The translations under genes and the position numbers were made by a program. Shown here in pieces: positions 53,165 through 64,000 of a DNA stretch of 64,000 bases. Numbering within the stretch: position 1 is the stretch's first letter; every line of letters begins with the position of its first letter. This DNA is from Bigelowiella natans CCMP2755 (taxonomy: Eukaryota; Protista; Cercozoa). The notes beneath the pieces are model-generated. The model was not told the DNA's origin and did no database searches. It worked only from the letters and a program-made list of their open reading frames with translations. The DNA lies in contig ADNK01002596.1 of assembly GCA_000320545.1 (NCBI GenBank), positions 1-64,000 of the forward strand, written 5' to 3'.

Positions 53165-55546
53165 ATGAGCGGAGAAGCTGAGCCCTTAGGGACATTTTTC
53201 ATGGAAGTTAAAGACAAGATGGATGAGGCAATGGCACAGATTAAGGCTGCAAGAGAAGGACAGGAGGGGTCGGGATGGAAGTACCGAATGACATCCAAAG
53301 GTGTGGACATCTGGTTCAAAATGGTCAAAACTCAGAGCGGCGCTACAATTAAATGCACCAAAGGTTGGAGAAGAAGGACAGAATTATCGTGAAATCTCAT
53401 GACACTAAGTTGTAGGGAGAAAGGGAGATTGATCATAATCTTGCGACGAGGTAATAAATTACTTATCACCATGGATGTATGCCTGTGCGCTTCAGGTGTG
53501 AGCATCCTCCCATGTTCTCCAGAGCTTGCACGGGAAGTTGTTGTCGATCTAAAGTAACAATTATACTAATTAGTAGAATGAAAATGTAAACGACGAAGAG
53601 AAAGAAGCCAGATCATCAACATTCTCATCATTAAATTTGATGATAGCCTTATTTGTCTCCGAAGATATGAGATATGGCGATTCTGACTGAATACAGACTT
53701 ATGGGGAAATGGGACAAAATGTTTGATCACGGTCATCTAATTCGAGAAGAGAAGGTGCTAATTCTTTCCTTCAATCGATTAATATCCCAATAATCAAACG
53801 AAAATTATCGAACGATGATGTTGACTTGCATCTCCATTCACTAAATTAGAACGCTCGGGTGTCCTACTCAAAATACAAGGCACCTTGGCCCACAACGCCA
53901 AGAGATTTTGTCAATATTTCACAGGTGTAATGCACCTTTAACCTGTTTATAAATCTGTGTTATCTCTTTCACTCTCTCTTTCTCTGTGTATTATATCTAT
54001 ATACATATTCTTATTGTCATACATAAACTTTATGTTCACAACAATAATAATAATAATAATAATATTAATAATAGGCGATAGAGAAGCCGGACGGAAGTAT
54101 ATGGCTCGTTGCATGTAATACTTCACATTAAAGGCCAAGAATACAAATAGCGCTGATGATAGCGATGAGATTGATCAGCAAGCACAATGATAAGGAAGAG
54201 TATATCGAGTTGATGTAGTGGACGCAAGGCGGCAACTCTGTAGACTCTTGGCGTGCAACAGAAGGCCACACTCTGTAGACTTTTGGCGTGACCAAAATGT
54301 ATCATCTTTCAGGTTCTGTAAAGGAAAAGACCATGCCTGAAGGCCCCAACGTTGTGCGGGCCGAATTGATGTAATAATCGCAGGAAAACCAACAACACAT
54401 TGTATTAATGAATGATGATGTGATGACTATAGAAGAAGAAGAGGAGAGGATCAAAATGTTCAATCAAACACACAGACACAACAAGTGGAGAAGAGTAAAA
54501 GAAAGAAAGGACGGGTGGGGAGGAATAAATACGCTGTGAATTAGTGTAGTCCTATTTCTTCACTACCCTTTGCATCACTACTACTATCACGATAACAGAT
54601 ACGGTGGATGGGTATTTGAACCGAGGGCAGTATCAGCGGGGAAAGTCTCCACACAAGCGTATTACATCGCATGCACAGATCTGAAAGGAAATCTCCCCAC
54701 ATGGGTGACAAATATGGTAGTCGTTGTCATCAACATCATTATCATCATCATCAACACCATCACCATCTTCAACCTCCCCTTATATAATTAATAAAGTACT
54801 ACTGAAATGCCCAATCAGGTAGCTACAGACACACCATTGACCCTAGCTTCATTGCGTACTTACATCGCGTCTAAGAGAGAATCTCTACGGAAACTCTATG
54901 GGTAGAAATAGTGGCAGTAGTACAGGATGAAACAACGACGAAAACAAAGGATAACGACGGGGAATGTGCCCACTCCAAAACAATCTCATATCCTAATGAA
55001 CATATGTCCGTGTAAGGTTTTCGAACGTGCATAGTTGATGGTGGAGACAAGTAATCGTCTCTTGATTTATTGATTCATTCATAATTAATATCCATCGTTC
55101 GTCAGGATCTCGCCGCCAACCAACAAATTAAAGCAAGGATCCTCCTCCTCAACCCCTCTCGATGAGCAAAAAGACAAATCAGCAGTACCGTTGCCGGATA
55201 TTGTTACTGAGGACAGAAAAGCGGGCGCAGAAATGAAGTCGAGTAGGAAAAGACAGAATCAGAGCAAAAACACCACCACCACCACCACCACCACCAGCAA
55301 GAAGAAAAAGGAGGAGGAGAAGGCGAATGGGGATGAGAAAGATAGCAAACTCCAAAATATCAGCAAGAAAGAAGACACATCATCATCATCATCGTCATCA
55401 ACCTCTCTCCCTCCTTCATCATCATCATTCTTTCCAGTGAGTAATCCTGGTCTCATCTCGGACCCTCACGGCTACAGAGCGAGGATAAAGAAGGTACAAG
55501 TATTAACATACACAATTCATATATAATAACAATACAATGGCTCTAC

Positions 55547-55588
<42 letters not shown>

Positions 55589-56614
55589 AAATAATCAGTG
55601 ATATAAAATGGCTTAAATTACGGTGATGATGATAGTGATGTTTTCCTTTGATGAAGGATAACATCTATTATAACGTAGAATTCACTACCAATCATAAACA
55701 GTACGAGGGACACACTACTAATCACACCACAACCCATAAATATACTCTTGCACAATAGCAGCTGCTGCTGTAACGAAAAGTAGTCCGCAAATCGATAGTG
55801 ATGATCATGATGATGTCATACTCACACATTATGTGTCGTTGTATCACATGACAGACTAGTGAGGCAATTGATCGTCTCTTAGCAGCGGGCAATAATGATA
55901 AAATTGGAACTAGAAACAGCAGCAGCAGCAGTAGTAGTAGTAAAAGAAGAAGTAGCAGCAGTAGTAGCAGCACTAGCCTCAAATGGGACCTTGTTGCACG
56001 CTTACAAGGAGGAAATATGGTTAGCATCTATCAAACCTTTTCAAAGCATCTGAATCACACCATCGTGAAGGGTGTTGGAATGATTGATTGTGGAGCACAT
56101 CCAAAGGACGCCTTTGCACTGCTGTGCGCCCCAAGACTTCGTCGTATATGGGATGGCCATGTGGAGTTTTCGGAGACTGTTGAAAGCATATCAGGCAACG
56201 GTTGATTCGAGCTGCTTCTCCTTCTGGAACCACGAAGAAGAAGAAGAAGAAGAAGAAGAAGAAGAAGAAGAAGAATACGAAATAGAATAAGATCATGATC
56301 ATCATCACCACCATGATCTTGAATATATCATATTAATCACAACTAGGTGGAGAGGAATCCCCTTTTGTAGACATCGTCTATACAAAGTACACGTCACATG
56401 GATGGGGACAGCCTCTCGAAACGCTACTACTAACTCAGGTTTAAGCCACTTGTCACTCATCTTATCTCAAACATATATTAGATAGATATATTACTAATCA
56501 ATGAAGCTCCTGCTGCTCCTCCTGCTGCTAAGCAATGATCATCTCACTTTTTCTTCCTTGTCAGTGGTTGATTCGACTATTCTCCTTATCTGAGATTCGT
56601 TGCCCCCCCCCCTC

Positions 56615-56658
<44 letters not shown>

Positions 56659-57123
56659 TGTCCTTATCCGAACAGGCTTGCCAACACCCTTTGAGTTATC
56701 ATGCAAAGATACACCTCACGGAAACCATCCACAGCAAGATACCACTATCGTCCCAAAGATCAAATCTTCGGTACTAATTTCAATATTCTCTGTCGCTACA
56801 TTGCAAGATGTGTTTATTTGTGAGTACAATTCGAATAGCAACGACATGGATGATGATGGTGGTGGTGGTGGTGGTGATGATGATGATATTTCACACAATA
56901 ATGATCATAATCATCATCATCATCATCAGATGGATGCGAATCGAGATAATTCCAGCAGCAATAATGAGAAGAAATGCCAAAGAGGGGGAGGAGGAGAAAA
57001 AGAGGAAGAAGCGACAGCATTTAAGTAGGCAGAAGTTTCAAATTGAGGTAGTAGTACAATACATGAAAGCCAATAAATGCTGATCTATCTTTGTTCTTGT
57101 TGCTGATATTCTTGTTCTTCTTC

Positions 57124-57161
<38 letters not shown>

Positions 57162-57171
57162 CAATTGTTGC

Positions 57172-57205
<34 letters not shown>

Positions 57206-58014
57206 AGATTACCATGGTCACACGTGGGTCGGAAGCAGCCGCAACCGAGTTACAACGTCGTTGTATCCTCACCATCGATAAGCTAAGGAGGGCGTTGGTG
57301 CTCATTGTCTCCTCTTTTAAGAACAACAGTATTCTCACAGACATTCAACATGACGATAGTGAGAATAATGTTGCTGCTGCAAACGCTGCTCATGTCAAGG
57401 AGAAGTCAGTCGACGACGACGAAGAAGAGATCAAGCGACCTCCAGAAGTATGATGATACAGCATCACCAGTAGCAGCAGTTGTATGCAGTACCTCCTCCT
57501 CTTCCTCCTCCTCTCAACCCCCCAAGCAGCCCTTTCTTCTTCTTCTTCTTCTTCTTCTTCTTTTCCTCATATTCCTGTTATTGAACAATGCTTGTCAGAT
57601 TGCACTCATCCAACATGCACGAGAGTGCTTAGAGTTACGAAGGAGAGGAGAACAAGGTAGCTGTAGGAGGAGTAGTAGAGGCACTATTGTTGTTATTGTA
57701 GTAGTAATCCTATAAACGGGCTTCTGCTATCTGCTGCTTTCTTGCTGGTGCTCCTTTCGCACATTAATTACTGTTATTATCATAATCATCAAAATTATTA
57801 TCCATTGTTATCATAGATAACTCAATTTTACATTTATATGAAAATGTGTGTTTACATATTTTATATTATTTTATACAAATATAGAATATAAAAACACACA
57901 CTGTCATTTTATATAAACTATAAAACATAAAAAATCACATTATTATTTTCTATGTAACATCTAGTCATACAAAAACAGTAATGACTACAACTGCTTTCCT
58001 TACAGTGGTATAAT

Positions 58015-58054
<40 letters not shown>

Positions 58055-58302
58055 TATTAATTATTAATACACGGTTGTTTCTTCTGTTGGTGAATCCTTT
58101 AGATCGCAGGGTGGGAAGGCCTCAATTCGGCATAACAAGTGCTTTATTTCCTGTGTCTGAAATGCACCCAGTGGCACGTGATTTCCTCAAGATATCGCCC
58201 TTCGCAAGACTCAGATACATTGTAGTAGTAGCACTAGTTCATTTATGTTTCTATTAAGCTGCTCTGCTGAGAGATTTATTCGTTATAGAATTAACGCAAA
58301 TC

Positions 58303-58341
<39 letters not shown>

Positions 58342-59488
58342 ACACAATAAAACTTTGTCGTTGCAGAACGTAACTGATAGATTCATAATGGTTTCAGCAC
58401 GTCCCTATTATCATCATCATCATCGTCATCATCATCATTGTTATCACCATCATCATCGTGATGATCGTTTTGATTATGATGATCAGGTGCCAAGATTGAT
58501 CAAAGTAGTGATGGGAAAAAGTGGGAAACGGCTCCTTCGCACTTCTTCTTCTTCTACTACTACTACTACTACTACGAGTGACCCACCAATAGATTATTAT
58601 CTTCAAGTCGGATGTGTAAGCGTGCGACCGGTACTTGTTTGTGCTCTGAAATCCCCCCAACCCCCCTCCTACTCCTCCTCCTACTCCTCCTCCCCCTTGG
58701 ACGTTGATGATGATGATGATGATGATGATAATAACGATGATAACATAACAAGAAATGGGTCTTGCTCATGCTGCTGCTGCTGCTGCTGTAGAAATGTTTG
58801 ACCGTTGCTATGCTGCTCTGCTTATTATTTCTCTGAATTCTCTACTAATGACTACAACTACAACAACTACGACTACTACTACTACTACTACTATATCATT
58901 ATTATAACACACACACAGACTCACACTCCCACGCACACTCACACTCACGTCACCCTTGTGCAAAGGTTGGCGCATCTGGTGTACGATGTCCCCCATTGCT
59001 CAAGTTCGGTCCTGAAGCAAGAGTTTCTATTCAAATCGGCATGGACTACTCCTCCTCCTCCTCCTCCTCCTCCCCCTCTGGTAGTAGCAGCAGCAGCAGC
59101 AGCAGCAGGTTGCAGTGGTTTAGTGCAAGCTGCGAGTCTTCAAATGCTGCGCTGAACTTCGATGGAACCCTTTCTGCTGAATGGAGAAAGGTGCTGCATC
59201 ATCATCATCATCTATAATACCATGTTCATGATGTTGTTATCTTGTGATTAGGGAAAGGTAAGTGATAATAGAGCCAGCAGCCAAAAAAACTCCAAGAAGG
59301 TAATGTAGAGGGGGAAAGACAGACAGACAGAGAGAGAAAGAGAGGAGAGGGGTAGGAGGAGATACATTTTTGTTATATCTTCTACCCGTTTGCTGATATC
59401 ATCCTGATCATCACCATCTTCTTCTTCTTTTCTATCTCTCTCCTCAAACGATAATCTATTTTTCTTGTTTTCTCATTCTCTTCGTTAA

Positions 59489-59523
<35 letters not shown>

Positions 59524-60087
59524 TTAGTCGTCGTCGTCATTTGTGGTTGGAATGCCGATTGTAGCTGCTGCTGCTGCTGCTGCTGGTTCGCCTACTGGAT
59601 CCTGCTGTATTGTGGCGAGACTGTAAGTGAGGCAATAACTACTGCGATGCAGCTGCTGCTAATGAAGAGGAAGATTATGATAATGATGATGCGTAAGAAG
59701 TAGTGGTGATACTGTTGCGGAGAATCTATACACCAACAATTAGTTGTGGTAATAACTACAGGACAGAGACGTGATTCTCTCCTTTCTCCTCTTCCTCCTC
59801 CTCCTCCTCCTGCTGCTGCTGCTGCTGCTGCCGATCATACATAATCTCATGTTCTCAATAATCTGGTGCATAGGGCGGTAGTTACGACGAAAGATCCAGC
59901 AGCAGCAGCAGTTAAAGCAGCAGCGAAAGGAGGCACCGATATAATCAGTAGTAGTAGTGGTGGTAGTAGTAGTAGTAAGGAAAACAAGCAGCCTCAAGTA
60001 GTAGTATCATCATCATCATCATCAGCAGCAGCATCCGACTCTAGCTACATTTTGGGGACGGCCCGAATACCAAATTCATTGCTTTAA
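53165..60087 (+). CDS. Multi-START-domain lipid-transfer-like protein (2 clear, possibly 3 START domains; could be more than one gene)
   Basis: START 1: GWKYRMTSKGVDIW...EYRLKWDKMFDHG...YSKYKAPWPTTPRDFV...PNVVRAEL...GGWVFEP...YYIACTDLKGNLPTWVTN. START 2: WDLVARLQGGNMVSIY...IVKGVGMI...RRIWDGHVEFSETVE...DIVYTKY. Partial third: HPVARDF...FIMVSARP...IKVVMGKSG...LVYDVP. Confidence 0.78.
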
Positions 60088-60232
60088 GCCTAAACTCGCC
60101 TTCAAGAGTATGGGCGGAGCTGCTTAATGATGATGACAACGACAACAACAACAACAAAAAAGGAGGTGGTTATTCTTTGATATTATGGAGAATAAGAGGA
60201 ATGAAGAACAACAACAACAACAACAACAGCAA

Positions 60233-60264
<32 letters not shown>

Positions 60265-60329
60265 AGACGGCAAGAACGATGACAGCGCTGCGCTGCTGCT
60301 GTTGCTGATGTTGTTGTTAATGAAAATGA

Positions 60330-60376
<47 letters not shown>

Positions 60377-60429
60377 AATGCTACTTTTTGATCTTACCAT
60401 TAAGAGATCATCATCATCAATGGCAGCTC

Positions 60430-62196
60430 TTACCTATTGTTAATTGGCCATTATTATTATTTTTTTTAACTCTCTTATCATATCATCATCAGTAAGTGTA
60501 CGTGGTGGAATTGGTCTCGACGTGTGCGTATCTATTTCAAGGTAGAAGTAGTAGTAGTAGTGTCGTAGTAGCACACATACACACACACACGTGGTATTTG
60601 AAGCTGTATTTGTCCTGCTCATTGAGAAATCCCTCCATCATTCATGATCACTGCCAGTGCGTAATACTTTCATTGCTACTTCTTCTTGCTCTTCTTCTTC
60701 TTCTTCTACAGAATAAATGACTTCGCTTACGACGCGCAGCAACTCAAAAAAGAACGGTTGTTCTGATGTCTGCCGACCTAAGAATAATGTTGTTGTGCTT
60801 GTTGTTGTTGTTGTTGTTGTTTTTACAAATTATATGTGAATGCTTAGATGAGACTGTAGTAACACCTCGATTGATGTTAATAATGTTAATAATGATGACG
60901 ATGAGGAGGAGGAGGAGGATGATGATGATGATGAAATACATCAGTAGCTAGTTGCAGTTAGGCAGGACATATGATAGTACAGGGAAGACCAAGGGTTATT
61001 GCTATATTCATTCTACCTTTCTGAAGCATAATGATATATACGTCGTGACAACTGTGTGTGTGTGTGTGTGTGTGTTCGTCATCGTCGTCGTCGTCATATA
61101 TGGTTTATATTATTTATTCAGGAGATTAACTCCTGATATTATATCGGGATTTGATGCGTCTCCGGAGAGTCTCGCAGAAGGAATCGTGAGCCTGAAACAA
61201 TCATGCTTACTCCTTTATCACAAGATGCACTTTGTGAGATACGTCCTGACCTGGCAAAAATTACCGCTCTCATGGTGTGTGACTGCTTAGTAGTACGATC
61301 AATAGCTTCTTGGGGGGTATCTATCATCGCGATGGATTTATGATTAAAGACCTGTAGTACTCATTATTATGTTGTTATTGCAGGTTTGTGACAATTATGT
61401 ACGTAATTGCGCACATATATCCGAACTTGGCGCTCATTGTCGCCTTTATGGCACTTGCATTGGTAGTTTGTCGTAACAGTAATGAAGAAGATAAAGAAGA
61501 AGAAGAAAATAAAGAATAAGACCTATGTTAAAGTGTCTGTTCTTTGCTACCGCATTTTCCCTTCTTCTTCAGATGATGCTGACCAGCCAAGCAGGATACG
61601 CTTTGTCCCAGTAACAACAACACAACAACAACAACAACAACAATGATTAGGATGATGATCATGATCATGATAACGATAATGATTATGGAGAGGGGAAATG
61701 AAGAAAGAGTATGCTAGGTGGCACTTTTTGTTCCGATGGAGGTTTATCGCAACTACACACTGCTGCATGTTGTTGTTTTTGGGGGGGGGGGGCTGATGAC
61801 ATCATGGCTATAGACAAGGTCAAAGTTTATCTTACTGTCTGGCCTTCTCGATTCCGTGAGCAGCCCCCTCGTTATCATTAGTGGCACTAATATGGCCACT
61901 ATCATCATCATCATTAGATATAAGGTAGAGGACACACATGGCGAACGTCGTAGTGAGCTTGAAAGGGAAGCTTCGACTCGGATGGAGGGAGAGAAGGTAG
62001 AGGCTGCATGATGACAACAGCAACATGACGAATGAAGAAAAAGATGATTTCGTGGTCTCTAGCTTATTACGGGTGGAAGAGGAGGAGGAGGAGGAGGAGG
62101 AGGAGGAGATGGAAAGTTAGACACTATTCGATTGGATATAGTAGCTGTAGTCGTTAATAGCTTGTTTGAATTTGAAGGAATAATAATAATGTGTGA

Positions 62197-62229
<33 letters not shown>

Positions 62230-63733
62230 ATTTGGTCGATCCTCCTTTTCCGCACCCCTTCCTCCTCGCCTTGTGCGCTACTCTACATATTGAAGAGAAG
62301 AAAAAGAAGAAATAGAAGGGTATAAAAGATCATTACCCAATCTCCTTGTCGACCCTTCCCCCCCCCCCCCACCCCCATTACAGATATATTGGCAGCGTTT
62401 ATTCACTGAATTGGACAAAAAGCTAGAATCGGAATCGAGGAATAGTGTTTCTGCAGCAGGAGGAGGAGGAGGAGGAGGAGAGCGCAAAAGTGATGTTGTT
62501 GTTGGGGGTGATGATAGTTCTCGTAGTACCCGAATAAGGAGCCTCATCACACGATCGATGATGAAAAAGGACCAAAAACATTCATCGGAAGGAGGGGGGG
62601 ACGCCGAGAAATGATGCTGAAGAACAAAACGATCTGCTGCCAAGATCTCGCCTTCATTCGTTGTCATTGGGCTGGTCGCGCACAAGAAGCGCCCTCGCAT
62701 TGCTCATTAACGCGGCAAGGTTGAAGAAGTGTATTCTCATCATCATCATCTCTACTATTTCAAAGTCATTGATATCACGAGTCCATTAAACACGCTTCAT
62801 CGTCCTCCTCTTTCGTTTGTCTTCCATACATCTAATATACTGTGTTTGTCGCTCGCCGTATTAGTCTTGCTGCTAAGAATATGATGAGATGTTGCTAACA
62901 ACAAAAGGATCATAGAAAGTCGAATCACTGAGTTCCAGAATGTATGGGAAATTGCAATATCCCGTTCTTCTGCAGCCTTGGCACTTGGATTATTAGGTGT
63001 GATAATATACGGTAGAGGTAGAGGTTATGGAGAGGGAAGGAAAAGAGGAGGAGGAAAAGGGATAGTGGGGTTGTTTACTATCGATGCACTACTAGTGAGT
63101 AGAGTGAGTAGTACATGTTTTAAATCTCGATAATGGATCGACGTTGTTGTTGTCGGACGTACACTGATGATGATATATTTTATTGGGTGCCGTGTTTCAT
63201 GCCAGATCATCCTTTAGCATGAGCATCAACTCATCATTATCATCATCATCGTCATAACAGTATTACCATCACCAATTATTAGGCATAATTCTGTTTGTTT
63301 TGCCATCTACAACGGTGCTAATTTTGGTCGGCACATCGGTTCTATGCTGGCTATCGTCTGTTGGTGTAGCGGTGAGTATGATGATGATGATCATGATCAT
63401 GATCATGATGACGATGATGATGATCATGACCATCTTCCCACAACAAAGAATTTACTAACCAACCAAGACAACATCGCCCCCCTTGGCCCTCCTCCTCCTC
63501 CTCCTCCTCCTCCTCCTCCTTCTTCTCCTCCTCCTCCTCTCATACCTCTCCTCGTTTTAACTATAGGTGCGCCGAATCTCTGACATCGTCTCCACACACA
63601 TCGAGAGGAAAACAAATGTAACACACCAACAAATAGCGTTAGGTTCTTAGGATGGTTAAAACACAAATATATATTGTCATCATCGTTATAATCATCATTA
63701 AACACTACTTACTGATGACTCGAACGAAACCCT

Positions 63734-63767
<34 letters not shown>

Positions 63768-64000
63768 GGAGGCGAAGATTCGCAAGGAAGCTCTCTGTAG
63801 ATACGAAGAGCTGTACAACAATTCACATGTGTGCTCATGATTGATGATGCACTAGCTAGCCAGAAAACGGCAAGATCATGCCACATCGCAACTCTGCAAA
63901 AATCGCTACTTGTGTCAACAATGATCATCATGCATTCATCGGTCATCAACACAACCACGTTCTTGTGGGAAAATTGCTTCCGAACAAGAAGTGCATGTTT
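60430..64000 (-). CDS. Unidentified multi-exon gene, partial (5' end beyond the right edge)
   Basis: Exon-like segments between microsatellite introns: DFCRVAMWHDLAVFWLASASSIM...ALRIYRELP, AAEERDIAISHTFWNSVIRL, EGEILAADRFVLQHHF...FWSFFIIDRVMRLLIRVLREL, SRPIPPRTLTDDDMIRELKK. No family recognised. Confidence 0.45.

Larger units (their letters stand above)
1..64000. repeat. Pervasive intronic and exonic microsatellites: (CA)n, (CT)n, (AT)n, (TAG/CTA)n, (GAT/CAT)n, (GAA)n, (CCT)n, (CAG)n
   Basis: Dozens of pure tracts, e.g. (TG)n ~364-394, (AT)n ~2742-2780, (GA)n ~4700-4742, (AT)n(AG)n ~6540-6618, (TAG)n ~34139-34170. Triplet tracts inside exons give poly-S/H/N/D/E/G/P runs. Confidence 0.98.

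Noticed and set aside
1-64000. CRISPR arrays, rRNA/tRNA genes, prophage or operon-like systems; also the many poly-L/S/T/H/Y/I ORFs in the track
   Set aside because: No repeat-spacer arrays or structural RNA genes were seen, the DNA is spliceosomal-intron eukaryotic, and the low-complexity ORFs are translations of microsatellites.

Overview
Intron-rich eukaryotic (protist-like) nuclear DNA, not prokaryotic. Genes are split into many short GT-AG exons and the introns are full of di- and trinucleotide microsatellites, so most short ORFs in the supplied track are repeat or antisense artefacts. A SAR protist such as a chlorarachniophyte is my guess only. I assembled gene models by reading exons by eye, so boundaries are approximate unless stated. 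Left to right: K+-channel-like fragment (-); SAM/coiled-coil/6xKelch protein (-); TRM10 tRNA m1G9 methyltransferase (+); ArfGAP (+); S10 serine carboxypeptidase (-); intronless NudC-type CS + SRPBCC protein (+); equilibrative nucleoside transporter-like (+); large WD40 + coiled-coil protein (-); one or two orphan genes; RPL27 (+); DUF4203/TMEM198-like membrane protein (+); kinase + pseudokinase protein with a tyrosine-kinase-type catalytic loop (-); multi-START-domain protein (+); unidentified gene running off the right edge (-). The most striking non-genic signal is seven 0.4-1.3 kb islands rich in CATG, TGCA and CTAG. Each lies just past a gene 3' end and none lies in a head-to-head promoter. 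Several share a core motif whose copies differ by CG->TG/CA/TA, as expected for CpG-deaminated transposon relics. One island holds a clear TIR element and sits next to a LINE 3' fragment.
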